From a virus: a stretch of 64,000 bases of DNA. Both the position numbers and the translations under genes were made by a program. Below the pieces are notes generated by a model. It saw only the letters and a list, made by a program, of their open reading frames with translations. It was not told the DNA's origin and searched no databases. The stretch lies in the IMG/VR virus record IMGVR_UViG_3300045391_000822, positions 1 through 64,000 of that record; one strand, given 5' to 3'. This document shows, one piece after another, positions 38,594 to 47,750 of this stretch (position 1 is its first letter; each line of letters begins with the position of its first letter).

Positions 38594-38976
38594 AAACTTT
38601 GGCACAAGCTATTGCAGCGAACTCTTCGGAGTTCACAGCAGTTCTTCAGAATACTATTGCCGAGTGGTGTCGAGAGGCATCGGCAGATAAAATCAAGACC
38701 GCCTTTTTCCCGGAACGCGCTGGAGTTGAAATTCATCTTCCAGAAAAAGATGATGTTGACGAACCTCCCCTTCAAGGATGTGGTGAGATTTATTTCATTC
38801 GGGTCAATGCTGAGGAGCCGTACAGCATCCTGCAGGATGAATCTGTTGGAAAGAATGAGTACTTCACTGTACCCTTCCTTTTCCATAATAAAGAAACCGC
38901 ACGGGCTATGTGCGACGCTCACGGTATTCCTTACGGCAATATCTATCCGGTAGAGATGTGGAAGCTTGATCGATGA
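38590..38976 (+). CDS. hypothetical protein
   Basis: ATGA overlap. Confidence 0.65.
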   Translation: MKTLAQAIAANSSEFTAVLQNTIAEWCREASADKIKTAFFPERAGVEIHLPEKDDVDEPPLQGCGEIYFIRVNAEEPYSILQDESVGKNEYFTVPFLFHNKETARAMCDAHGIPYGNIYPVEMWKLDR

Positions 38977-39173
38977 ATACGTTTTTTGATAAGGTGACTT
39001 ACGATACTATCGTATACGGTGTTCTGGATTCTACACAAACCGAACTATGTCGTGGTGTTATTGCTCCGCACCTTTTTAGTTCCCGCGAACTAGCGGAAGC
39101 TTGGTGTGTAAATCAAGGACTACCAACCGGTAACGTTACCCCTATGACGGTTATGAGCTCTAATGAACAATAA
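38973..39173 (+). CDS. hypothetical protein resembling C-terminus of upstream ORF
   Basis: PHLFSSRELAEAWC..GLPTGNVTPM vs PFLFHNKETARAMC..GIPYGNIYPV. Confidence 0.6.
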   Translation: MNTFFDKVTYDTIVYGVLDSTQTELCRGVIAPHLFSSRELAEAWCVNQGLPTGNVTPMTVMSSNEQ

Positions 39174-39501
39174 GGCAGAAGTTCGATTCTTCCAGACCGA
39201 CCGCAAACAGTGGCCAACACGCCTTCTGAATATGGAACTTCACGCACGGCTGGCCGTTCCTACGAGAGCAGTGACGATCGTTACCCATCTAGCGAATGTA
39301 GATGAATGGGAACGTCAATTGAAGGATACACAGGTTAAGGTGTCCACTCCCTTCCGTGTTAAGGGTAAGCCGTTGGAAGGTCTGATTCTGGTAGATCATC
39401 TTGATGCCCAGGCTCTTGTAGAGATGCACAAGCTGGTTATCAAGGAAGGCGCAGAGTTCAGTGTTATCGATCTTCGCAGCCTCAGTGGGATCAAGCGATG
39501 A
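39163..39501 (+). CDS. hypothetical protein
   Basis: ORF in operon. Confidence 0.6.
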   Translation: MNNKAEVRFFQTDRKQWPTRLLNMELHARLAVPTRAVTIVTHLANVDEWERQLKDTQVKVSTPFRVKGKPLEGLILVDHLDAQALVEMHKLVIKEGAEFSVIDLRSLSGIKR

Positions 39502-39680
39502 TCATGGCGCCACACCAACTCCTAGGTGTTATGATTATCATCCTGGTATGCGTTGTAGTAGTCACGCGTCTAGCGGTGCTAGGTACGATTGGGCGTGCCA
39601 CTGGCGCGTTCATGTTGGTGTTGTTATTGGCAATCTACCTGGCAGTGATATACCAATTAATAAAGGTTTTAACTGGGTAG
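39498..39680 (+). CDS. small two-TM membrane protein
   Basis: hydrophobic, ATGA overlap. Confidence 0.55.
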   Translation: MIMAPHQLLGVMIIILVCVVVVTRLAVLGTIGRATGAFMLVLLLAIYLAVIYQLIKVLTG

Positions 39681-39694
39681 CTACTGGAACAACT

Positions 39695-39943
39695 ATGTCG
39701 ATCATCGAAATCAGTGAAAACAAAGCCTACAAGATTGAGTCGGTCAAGATCAAGGGTAAGAAGTACGTGAACATCCGGCAGATGTATAAGACCAGAAAGA
39801 CGCCTGACGAATGGCAACATGGTCGTGCTGGTATGGCTATCGAAGTGGCAGATCTCGAGCAGGTTTTGAAGAAGATGAAGGTAGTAGGTGCTCGTCCTGA
39901 TTCCAAGTTCAAGGAGCTGAACTTGGAGAAAGGTAATGAGTAG
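39695..39943 (+). CDS. PC4/p15-like ssDNA-binding protein
   Basis: KGKKYVNIRQMY...EWQHGRAGMAI. Confidence 0.7.
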   Translation: MSIIEISENKAYKIESVKIKGKKYVNIRQMYKTRKTPDEWQHGRAGMAIEVADLEQVLKKMKVVGARPDSKFKELNLEKGNE

Positions 39944-40589
39944 CAGGATAGAAGCAGTTGTCAAAGCTCTCCGGGACTTGGACTCAGATGAGAGACGGTA
40001 TCTGGCAGATGCCCTTCATAATGACGATGACGAGATTATTGGTGTTGAAGGGTTGATCAGTTGTTTCAAAAATTTGGATAGTAAGATCAATTCCTTAGGT
40101 CAATATGATAAGTTGGCCCAGAACTTAGAAGGTATTGGCCGTGCCATATCAGTGGTTGATGAAGGAGCTCGCCGTTTTTATATGGTGAAATCTATTCTCG
40201 ACAAGTTGCGTGAAACGGTCTCGGTACCTCCGACTTCCTTAACCCATGATAGGCTTCATTGGTCTATGGGTAATTTAGAACACCCTCTGGGCAGCTTCGA
40301 AATCTGTATCTCCTCTGCTAAGGGTGGGATACATGATCGCGACTCTACTGAGTACTCGGTAACTTGGAGAGCAGGTTACACGTTAAAAACCTTGCCTAAC
40401 TGCAGGATCCCGTTTCGTTCGACTCGGGTAAATTTGTCCGGTGATTTTTATTCGGACCTGAATGACTGGTTACTCAGAGTCCAGAGTTATTTGCAAAAAG
40501 CTAAATCTTTAAAGAAGACGCCTGCCTACAAGGCGAGTAGAGCTAAGGCTAAACCGAACAACGTAATTGATGAGGACGATGATGACTGA
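39936..40589 (+). CDS. hypothetical protein
   Basis: 217-aa ORF. Confidence 0.7.
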   Translation: MSSRIEAVVKALRDLDSDERRYLADALHNDDDEIIGVEGLISCFKNLDSKINSLGQYDKLAQNLEGIGRAISVVDEGARRFYMVKSILDKLRETVSVPPTSLTHDRLHWSMGNLEHPLGSFEICISSAKGGIHDRDSTEYSVTWRAGYTLKTLPNCRIPFRSTRVNLSGDFYSDLNDWLLRVQSYLQKAKSLKKTPAYKASRAKAKPNNVIDEDDDD

Positions 40590-41127
40590 TGTGCAACCCT
40601 TTACCTTCGATGATCTGAAGAAACGAATTGCTGAAGACGTTCAATCGAAGTTCGGTTCCATGATTCCTCCTGAGGTATTCGAGGACATGATCGAACAATC
40701 GGTTCGAAAATTCTTCGAGTCTACAACGGAAACGTTCCGAGTTACAAGGGTGAACTACGCCTCTTCCGAGGTAGAAACAAGTCTCTCACCATTCCAAATC
40801 ATAGTATGGTCCAAGTTACGTGATATTGTTCGTCCAGCTCTAGATAAATGGTTTGGAGAAAAGCAAGAAGAAATTACGAAGATGATGGAAGAGGCTCTTC
40901 AAACGAATACCAACTATGGGGCTACTTTGAATAGTGCTGTAGGACCTATGGTTACCGGTATGGCACAAGTTCAGGCTTTAGCAGCCATGCGTCAGGCTAC
41001 CTATCCATACCAGCTACAAGTGGCACAGACGTTGAGCCATGCAGGTATAATGGTGCCGTGGCCTATAGCTCCTAACAATGACCCGAAGGAAATCCTCAAG
41101 GGGCTAATCGATGAAAAGAAGTATTGA
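40582..41127 (+). CDS. hypothetical protein
   Basis: GAGGA RBS. Confidence 0.7.
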   Translation: MTDVQPFTFDDLKKRIAEDVQSKFGSMIPPEVFEDMIEQSVRKFFESTTETFRVTRVNYASSEVETSLSPFQIIVWSKLRDIVRPALDKWFGEKQEEITKMMEEALQTNTNYGATLNSAVGPMVTGMAQVQALAAMRQATYPYQLQVAQTLSHAGIMVPWPIAPNNDPKEILKGLIDEKKY

Positions 41128-41374
41128 AGAGTTGATAGCTATCAGAACGAAAGAGCTTCTTCTAGTCGATCCCCGCAATGGTGGCGGTGCTCGAATGTTT
41201 GAAATCAACAAGGACCTTGAAGTTTTGAAACGTGCTCAACGTGGTGACGTTTCAGCCCTGCCTTTAGTAGAACTAATCGAAGCACAGATCAAAGATACGG
41301 AACGTAAGAAGGGTCTTTTCCAGGAGACATTTCGTCCGGTGGATCCTTCGGAATTTCCAAAGCTTGGGTCATAA
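41111..41374 (+). CDS. hypothetical protein
   Basis: ORF in operon. Confidence 0.6.
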   Translation: MKRSIEELIAIRTKELLLVDPRNGGGARMFEINKDLEVLKRAQRGDVSALPLVELIEAQIKDTERKKGLFQETFRPVDPSEFPKLGS

Positions 41375-41397
41375 CGCTCCCTATCCAAGGAAGTAAA

Positions 41398-41808
41398 ATG
41401 TTCCCATTAACCCCAGCTCAGCTGGAAGACCGTCGAATTTGTACAGCACGCCCTGTCCGAACCCGGTATCGGGTTGTTGGAGTAAGAATGACGCGGCATC
41501 TACTCATCACGCACAATGGTGTACGAGCACTGATGTGCTTTAAGAACGTAGAAGACGTACCGTATTGGCTTGCACAAGTCGCAGATGACGTTGTATTCCT
41601 GAACCCGGAACAAGTAGCAGAGTGTCCGTGTCCAACGGGAGAGTTTGTCTACGATGAGCTTCTCGAAGATGGCGAGCTGACAATGCGTGTCGTCTGCGGT
41701 ATAAGGGCCGAAAATGGTTTTGTTCTGCGACGACCTATGGTTCATGTGGACGCCGACATGACAGGACACGACATAGTTTGGAAGCCTGGACTCCCTTCAG
41801 ATGCCTAG
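41398..41808 (+). CDS. hypothetical protein
   Basis: AAGGA RBS. Confidence 0.65.
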   Translation: MFPLTPAQLEDRRICTARPVRTRYRVVGVRMTRHLLITHNGVRALMCFKNVEDVPYWLAQVADDVVFLNPEQVAECPCPTGEFVYDELLEDGELTMRVVCGIRAENGFVLRRPMVHVDADMTGHDIVWKPGLPSDA

Positions 41809-41848
41809 TTGCCAGCAATTTTATGGCATTCCCAACTAGGAGAACAAG

Positions 41849-43519
41849 ATGTTGATAACCGCTTCCATCCTCGCCAATCTGCTTGAAGTTCTGTACGTTC
41901 TTGTCATCGATTGGAAGGAGTCCGGTGAAGGTAAAGCTCAAAGCGATACAGCTTCCGAGCTTAAACAGTTGGCTCCACGTGCTCTACGTAATTGGAAGCG
42001 TGCCCTTCCTGCACTAGAGCCTGCGCTACAATCCGCGATCTCTGGACAGAACAAGGTTGAATCCTTGGTAAGCCTAGGGCAAGAACTGAAGGATCAGTTT
42101 CCGCTCTTCCGTAAGAATCACGACTTCACTGCACAAGAACTTGAAGTAATGAATGCGCTTGGTGCGTATATGCGTACCGATAGCGAAAATGCACTGAAGA
42201 AGTTGGTCAAGCTCGCTGGTATAACCCAATCGGTTTGGGTTGCCCAGAAACTTCGCCCGGATGTAGGATCACAAGGACAATCGGAAGGCGCACTCCGTAA
42301 GCTGGTCAAGAAAATGGCTGGTCGTGATGACGTGTGCCTTACCTTGGAGGAATCCAAGGTTGCTAGGGAAACATATCCTGACGAATACAAGGAATACCTG
42401 CAGTTGAGTCGCGCATTTAACCAAGTGTGGAAAGACTCCTTGGTTAACTTTGTTCGCCAATCAAAGAAACGCTTGGTGCCCTATCAAGACGTGTTGGACT
42501 TCATGAAGTCCAACGGTATTCATAACAAGCTTCCTTTGGGCTTCACTGGTCTTATTGACGATCAAGGCAAACTGTACACACGAGACGGCAAAGCTGTTGA
42601 TGGTGTACCAAATGCAATGACGTCGCCTACCGTCAAGATGAATACCAAGTATGGTCCTGAATCACCATGGGTGTTCATGGCGGTTAAGGCTGATGGTTCA
42701 GCTCCAACGTATTTCTACACTGCGGATTTCAAAAAGAGCCAAGCCAAATCGAAGTTCACCAAGGTAAAGGATTTGACTGCACGTATTCCTCAGATGCGTG
42801 CCAAGTGGTTCATGAATGTGAAGAAGTTCAACCAAGCCAGCGTTACCTGCGTGGCATCGGTAATCCTGGAGCTCCTTTACCAGTATAGTGCCCGTGTTGG
42901 AACCACTGGCAATTCAACCTACGGTTGTGGAACGTTGTTGGTTAAACATCTAAAGAAAGAACCAACTGGTGACTACACGATTCGTTATCTAGGAAAGGAT
43001 TCGGTGCCAACCAAACATGTGGTGCGTGCATCAGACCCTGAGCAACGTTTCATTGTTGCTGCCTTAGATCAGTTGGTGGCGAATAAAGGTCCGAAAGAAA
43101 AGGTGTTCACTTCGGTGTCCCAAACTGGACGCCCGAAGTTGGTTGGACCCGTGGCTGTGAACAAGTTGTTCAAGGAATTGGCAGGTACTGCGGAAATTAC
43201 GGTACACAAACTCCGTACGTACCGTGGTACAAAGTTGTTCCAAGAACTTTCTGAGGAAATCATTCCGCGCCTTCAACCAAAGGTTGAGAAATTGGCTGCA
43301 AAGAATCCACGTCTTGCAGAGAAGCTGGTGTTGGATGAATTTCGGTCTATTGCTGAGAAAGTTGGGAAGTTGCTGAATCACGTCCGTCGTGGAGCAGCAG
43401 GTTCAAAAGTTACTGGCGTAACGGCGATCGCCAATTACATCGATCCTCAATGTTCGATAACCTTTTTCCGCAACTTAGATACTCGCCCTCCCAAGATGTT
43501 GGAAAAGTTTGATGTGTGA
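41849..43519 (+). CDS. type IB DNA topoisomerase with long N-terminal extension
   Basis: ARVG, YG.GTL...H, YLGKD, TVHKLRTYRGT, LLNH, NYIDP catalytic pentad. Confidence 0.85.
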   Translation: MLITASILANLLEVLYVLVIDWKESGEGKAQSDTASELKQLAPRALRNWKRALPALEPALQSAISGQNKVESLVSLGQELKDQFPLFRKNHDFTAQELEVMNALGAYMRTDSENALKKLVKLAGITQSVWVAQKLRPDVGSQGQSEGALRKLVKKMAGRDDVCLTLEESKVARETYPDEYKEYLQLSRAFNQVWKDSLVNFVRQSKKRLVPYQDVLDFMKSNGIHNKLPLGFTGLIDDQGKLYTRDGKAVDGVPNAMTSPTVKMNTKYGPESPWVFMAVKADGSAPTYFYTADFKKSQAKSKFTKVKDLTARIPQMRAKWFMNVKKFNQASVTCVASVILELLYQYSARVGTTGNSTYGCGTLLVKHLKKEPTGDYTIRYLGKDSVPTKHVVRASDPEQRFIVAALDQLVANKGPKEKVFTSVSQTGRPKLVGPVAVNKLFKELAGTAEITVHKLRTYRGTKLFQELSEEIIPRLQPKVEKLAAKNPRLAEKLVLDEFRSIAEKVGKLLNHVRRGAAGSKVTGVTAIANYIDPQCSITFFRNLDTRPPKMLEKFDV

Positions 43520-43684
43520 TACCAAGAAAGGAATGATTCCGGATGAATGCGAGCTATACACAATCATCCGGAGTTTTGGGTACGCTACCAGTGGCCAAAG
43601 CGAGGAAATTGCTGAAGCTATCCGAGAAGAGTTAGAAGCACGCGGATTTGAAGCTGGTAGCGTTTATCGAAAGGATCGGAACGA

Positions 43685-44020
43685 ATGACAGTAGTCCTTG
43701 CAGGTAAATCTGCGGTAGCCGCATCAATTCTGGATAGACTGTATCCACACCAGAAAAAGATTTTGCTGAGCCTCCAGGATTTCGCCAAGGGTAGAGACAG
43801 ATTCTTAATCAGCTATCCTAGACTACCTGGTAGGAATACAATTCTCAATATCATTCGCAACGAGCTTCCTTACGATGAGCAAATCAGAGATACCTGGGCG
43901 TCCTACACCGACACCCAAGAAGGTGAACAGGTTAAAATTCCCGGGGCACGCAGAACTAGGCTTCGCAGGTCCCTGTTCGCAATGTGGTCGGAGTCCAGGT
44001 TACGACCAGGCCTTGGATGA
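43685..44020 (+). CDS. hypothetical protein resembling degenerate terminase ATPase N-terminus
   Basis: LYPHQKKIL...RFLISYPRLPGRNT (Q-motif and decayed Walker A). Confidence 0.4.
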   Translation: MTVVLAGKSAVAASILDRLYPHQKKILLSLQDFAKGRDRFLISYPRLPGRNTILNIIRNELPYDEQIRDTWASYTDTQEGEQVKIPGARRTRLRRSLFAMWSESRLRPGLG

Positions 44021-44360
44021 ATACGATCCAGATTTTATATATCCTGCCACCAGAACCGGACATTCGTTAGCGTTGAAACACGCAGTCTGTTCTGAAACGT
44101 GGGGTGGATGCGGGCACGTGGTAGTAGCACTCTCGTATCAATCATGTGTCGATCTGTGGAACAATCCTACACCAGATATGGCGTATACCTATCTACCTGG
44201 TATGGAAAAATTGATAGCAGACTATGTGGTTGCCAGTCGTAAATGGTGGGATGAGTTTCAGCGCACTGGTGATGCACTTCATGCACCTCAACCACGAGAC
44301 TGGTCGTACAACGTTGATATGTTTCTACAAGAAAGGTTACCAAGACGAGGTAGAAAATGA
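43875..44360 (+). CDS. hypothetical protein with CxxC..CxxxxxxC (Lar-like)
   Basis: PCSQCG...VCSETWGGCG...LWN; ATGA overlap with next gene. Confidence 0.5.
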   Translation: MSKSEIPGRPTPTPKKVNRLKFPGHAELGFAGPCSQCGRSPGYDQALDEYDPDFIYPATRTGHSLALKHAVCSETWGGCGHVVVALSYQSCVDLWNNPTPDMAYTYLPGMEKLIADYVVASRKWWDEFQRTGDALHAPQPRDWSYNVDMFLQERLPRRGRK

Positions 44361-44689
44361 ATGAATGGAAAGAAGCCGCTAATTACCGTCGTGATGTCCG
44401 ACACGGACTCCTGAATGCTCAGGACGAGACGTTGCGTCTGCCAAAAGGCAAGAAGCATGAGAAGGATTGCATTGAAGTTCATTATCGTCATGTGTTCTAT
44501 GACGGTAAGGGCTGGTTGCAGAAGACGAAATTTCCTTCTCGTAAGAAAGCGGTAGAGTTTATGAATCGGATGAACCAGTTGGAAGCCAACAAGCAAATCC
44601 TGCGTGGTGCTCATCCTGCTGATGTGGTAAAGCCTTATTTCATTGCAGACGATGCCGCCAATGATGAGCAATCCCGAAAAGCCGCGTAA
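44357..44689 (+). CDS. basic hypothetical protein
   Basis: GAGGT RBS. Confidence 0.65.
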   Translation: MNEWKEAANYRRDVRHGLLNAQDETLRLPKGKKHEKDCIEVHYRHVFYDGKGWLQKTKFPSRKKAVEFMNRMNQLEANKQILRGAHPADVVKPYFIADDAANDEQSRKAA

Positions 44690-44969
44690 TCGCATATTTC
44701 TCCATCCCGGACCTGTTACCAGTAAGGTAGATGGAGACCGCCACTACGTGGATGCCGCAGCACTCAGTTATCTCTACAGCGTACCGCTCAAAGCGTGCAA
44801 TGTTGTGCTATCTGATCTGCCTGCTTGGTGGATCCAGAGGATGCGTCGTCAGGATTCAGGCTTTGAACATTTTCTGCCTGTTGGTGTATTCCCCCAAGAG
44901 GGTGATGTTCATCTGTACCCTAGATATGATGGTAAGTATTTTCCGATTGTAGAAAATTTACCAGCATAG
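44661..44969 (+). CDS. hypothetical protein
   Basis: HPGPVTSKVDGDRHYV...HLYPRYDGKY. Confidence 0.65.
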   Translation: MMSNPEKPRNRIFLHPGPVTSKVDGDRHYVDAAALSYLYSVPLKACNVVLSDLPAWWIQRMRRQDSGFEHFLPVGVFPQEGDVHLYPRYDGKYFPIVENLPA

Positions 44970-45012
44970 CGCGGTTAGTAAATAAAGAATAAGATCAACA
45001 AGGAGTATCATT

Positions 45013-45510
45013 GTGGCTACTGGTTTTCTTCGCGCTTTCAGCACCCCTTACCGAGAACGCACTTTTGCCAATCGTGCTCTTGCTCAAATCCGATCAAGCC
45101 GGTCTACAGGACAAGGTGCAGGCATCCTATTCTACGCTACCGATACGGAAAGGTTCCTCTTAGGTAAGAGAGCTCCTGGATGTGAGCAGCCTGGTACTTG
45201 GGCAAATTTCGGTGGTGGCGTGGAGTATGGGGAATCATTGGAGGAGGGTGCAAAGCGTGAAGTTTGGGAAGAAGCAGGTTTCCGGGGCCCAGTTGAATTG
45301 TGTACCTTGTATGTGAGTAAGCAACCAGGCTTCACCTATACCAACTTCCTAGGAACAGTAGCCAAGGAATTTACGCCTGTATTGAATGACGAGCACACGG
45401 AATTTCGTTGGATTGAACTTGGGGAATTTCCTGAGGAGTTACATCCAAAGTTTGCTGACGCTCTTCAATCGCCGGAAGCACGGAAGATTTTCCAGTCGCT
45501 TGGTATGTAA
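45013..45510 (+). CDS. Nudix hydrolase
   Basis: GTWANFGGGVEYGESLEEGAKREVWEEAG, LNDEH. Confidence 0.9.
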   Translation: MATGFLRAFSTPYRERTFANRALAQIRSSRSTGQGAGILFYATDTERFLLGKRAPGCEQPGTWANFGGGVEYGESLEEGAKREVWEEAGFRGPVELCTLYVSKQPGFTYTNFLGTVAKEFTPVLNDEHTEFRWIELGEFPEELHPKFADALQSPEARKIFQSLGM

Positions 45511-45584
45511 ACCAGATTCTGTAAATATCAACGTAAGTTCAACAGGCACAATTTTAAAACCTGTAGGAATGCAAATTCCGATTT

Positions 45585-45661
45585 CGGAGTGTAGCGCAGC
45601 CTGGTAGCGCATCTGCTTTGGGAGCAGAGGGTCCAAGGTTCGAATCCTTGTACTCCGACCA
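45585..45661 (+). tRNA. tRNA-Pro(TGG)
   Basis: cloverleaf, loop TTTGGGA, CCA. Confidence 0.95.
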
Positions 45662-45684
45662 TCATTTTCCTTTTCGAGAACATC

Positions 45685-45930
45685 ATGTCCAATAATCTGT
45701 CCAATCAAGAAATTCAGGATCGCGTAGTTGAAACGATCGAGAATTATTGTGGTATCAAACCTGAGTTGAGCCATAGTCTGGAAGACCTAGGGTTGGATTC
45801 ACTTGACGAGCTCGAACTTGTTATGGAACTCGAAGACGAATTCGAGTTTGAGATTCCTGATGAAGACGCGTCGAATTTCAAGACCGTTGATCAGGTGGTG
45901 ATTTATATCACCGAGAAGCTTTCCGCCTAG
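45685..45930 (+). CDS. acpP: acyl carrier protein
   Basis: [29 protein letters not shown]. Confidence 0.9.
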   Translation: MSNNLSNQEIQDRVVETIENYCGIKPELSHSLEDLGLDSLDELELVMELEDEFEFEIPDEDASNFKTVDQVVIYITEKLSA

Positions 45931-45963
45931 CGGAGCTACTGGAACGTAGTTTCGCTAAGGTAA

Positions 45964-46040
45964 GGGTGAGTATTTCAATTGGCAGAATGTCGGTCTCCAA
46001 AACCGTACGGTTGTAGGTTCGAATCCTACCTTGCCCGCCA
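45964..46040 (+). tRNA. tRNA-Trp(CCA)
   Basis: cloverleaf, loop CTCCAAA, G73, CCA. Confidence 0.9.
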
Positions 46041-46050
46041 ATACCTTATA

Positions 46051-46137
46051 TAGCGAATACGTTCCGATTCGTAAGAGTCGGTTTGGTGCACCGCACCCGT
46101 ATACCCGATACAAATGATTCCAAGAATGTATTCGCTA
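46051..46137 (+). ncRNA. orphan four-way-junction structured RNA
   Basis: 14-bp closing stem plus three internal hairpins. Confidence 0.4.
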
Positions 46138-46154
46138 GTTTCGATTTCAAGAGT

Positions 46155-46237
46155 TGTGCTGTAGCTCAGAGGCCGAGTAGCCTTACCATCAAATCGACGT
46201 AAGGCCGACGTGGGTTCGATTCCCACCAGCACTCCCT
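46155..46237 (+). ncRNA. tRNA-like RNA with enlarged anticodon arm
   Basis: D and T arms canonical; 7-bp stem with 12-nt loop; no CCA. Confidence 0.55.
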
Positions 46238-46313
46238 AGCACCTTAGCTCAGTCGGTAGAGCAGCGGCTCGATAAGCCGTAGGTCGTAGGTTCGAACCCT
46301 ACAGGTACTACCA
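46238..46313 (+). tRNA. tRNA-Ile(GAT)
   Basis: cloverleaf, loop TCGATAA (C33), CCA. Confidence 0.9.
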
Positions 46314-46331
46314 TCATCTTCAAGGTTACTC

Positions 46332-46541
46332 ATGACAATGGTTACCACAGGATGTTTCGTTGCCGTTATCATAGTTTGCTTAACGTGTACGTTCATCCTA
46401 TACCAGTTAGTTGGAATTTTTACCAAACCCAATAATCCTATTGATTCGTTTACCGCGTTGATAGCGAGACTTGGTATGGCACTGTGTTTAATCGCTGCTG
46501 CGATTTCAGCCATCGCTTTGATTTCACAGTTCACAGTTTGA
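46332..46541 (+). CDS. small membrane protein
   Basis: two hydrophobic segments. Confidence 0.5.
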   Translation: MTMVTTGCFVAVIIVCLTCTFILYQLVGIFTKPNNPIDSFTALIARLGMALCLIAAAISAIALISQFTV

Positions 46542-46560
46542 GCTGGTAGTTGTTTCATGT

Positions 46561-46636
46561 TGGCTAGTAGCTCAGTTGGTAGAGCGGCGCACTGTTAATG
46601 CGTTGGTCGCTGGTTCGATCCCAGCCTAGCCAGCCA
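46561..46636 (+). tRNA. tRNA-Asn(GTT)
   Basis: cloverleaf, loop CTGTTAA, G73, CCA. Confidence 0.95.
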
Positions 46637-46671
46637 AGATTAACCCACTCCGCGTCAGCGGGAAGGGCTTT

Positions 46672-47007
46672 ATGAGTTCCGTAGTTTTGTACATCTCGGC
46701 AATCATTGCAGCGTTTCTGTCTGCGTTTCTAGCTGGATTCCAAGGCGTTAATCTCGCCTGGGGCAACCGTAAGTTGGCAATAGTCACCGGTGGCCTAATG
46801 ACTCTAGCAGAAGGATCAATAATTTGGTTCATAGGTAAAGGCGGACTAGGCGTTGTGCTTGTTGCTGCTCTTGGGGCAGCAGCCGGTTATGGTGTAGCTA
46901 TGTATGCTCATGATTGGTTGATTGAAAAACCCGAGGAACTCTCCAAGTCAAAAGTGAAGGCGATGATTAAACGCCAGATCGAGAAACACTTAGAGAAAGA
47001 TAAGTAA
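46672..47007 (+). CDS. membrane protein (paralog of 30806-31183)
   Basis: AAFLSAFLAGFQGVN...GAAAGYGVAMYAHD. Confidence 0.7.
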   Translation: MSSVVLYISAIIAAFLSAFLAGFQGVNLAWGNRKLAIVTGGLMTLAEGSIIWFIGKGGLGVVLVAALGAAAGYGVAMYAHDWLIEKPEELSKSKVKAMIKRQIEKHLEKDK

Positions 47008-47012
47008 GTCCT

Positions 47013-47090
47013 GGACATGTAACTCAGTCTGGTAAGAGTGCTGGCCTGAAAGCCCAGATGTCGTTCGTTCAAATCGAACCGTGTCCACCA
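47013..47090 (+). tRNA. tRNA-Phe(GAA)
   Basis: cloverleaf, loop CTGAAAG, C31/C39 mismatch, CCA. Confidence 0.85.
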
Positions 47091-47113
47091 GTTTTAAACA
47101 GAGTACGTTCTGT

Positions 47114-47195
47114 GGATCCATCGCATAATGGTATTGCAGTGGATTGTAAATCCGCCACCCTTTGGGTATTGTTGGTTCGAGTCCAGCTGGATCCA
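47114..47195 (+). tRNA. tRNA-Tyr(GTA)
   Basis: loop TTGTAAA, long variable arm; CCA not encoded. Confidence 0.88.
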
Positions 47196-47220
47196 CAGAA
47201 CGTATTCTGTAAATGTTTGA

Positions 47221-47296
47221 TGCGGGGTAGCTCAGTTGGTAGAGCGGAGGTTTCATACGCCTCTTGTCGTGGGTTCGAGTCCCACTCCCGCTACCA
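47221..47296 (+). tRNA. tRNA-Met(CAT), initiator-like acceptor stem
   Basis: loop TTCATAC, unpaired 1:72 (T/T), GCGGGG acceptor, CCA. Confidence 0.85.
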
Positions 47297-47311
47297 GTTA
47301 ATCGAGTTTGA

Positions 47312-47388
47312 TGGGGTGTAGCGCAGCCTGGTAGCGAAACGGATTTTGATTCCGTTGGTCGTTGGTTCAAATCCAACCACCCTAGCCA
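47312..47388 (+). tRNA. tRNA-Gln(TTG)
   Basis: loop TTTTGAT, U1-A72, G73, CCA. Confidence 0.92.
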
Positions 47389-47626
47389 ACTTCTAGTCAT
47401 TGTTTCCTATCCTGTACGTTTGTTCCATGGTGTATCCGTGAGAACTTCTTAAACAGTGTTTTAATCCTTAGGAGAAAGAAATGAATGACATAGAAGAGCA
47501 AGACGATCCTTTCGGCTTTGGAAAGGCCATTAAAGAAATGATCGAGCGAGGTGAAGTTGATGAGCTTCTAATTCCGGATGTTCTTCCGGAAGACGAGGAG
47601 AATATCGACAAGACCTAATTAAGGTA

Positions 47627-47700
47627 GCGAGCTTGGTATAGTGACTGTGCCTCGGCCTTCCAAGCCGGTGAGACGGGTTTGATCCCCGTAGCTCGCTCCA
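47627..47700 (+). tRNA. tRNA-Gly(TCC)
   Basis: loop CTTCCAA, U73, CCA; D-loop GA and T-loop TTTGA. Confidence 0.88.
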
Positions 47701-47750
47701 GCAACCTAGACAAGGAGAATGTCATGTTATCTTGAATTTAACAGGAGATC

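Noticed and set aside
43685-44020. Functional terminase large subunit
   Set aside because: Only 111 aa, Walker A decayed (GRNT), no nuclease domain.
46155-46237. Selenocysteine or opal suppressor tRNA (TCA in loop)
   Set aside because: Loop is 12 nt, and there is no long variable arm or extended acceptor typical of tRNA-Sec.
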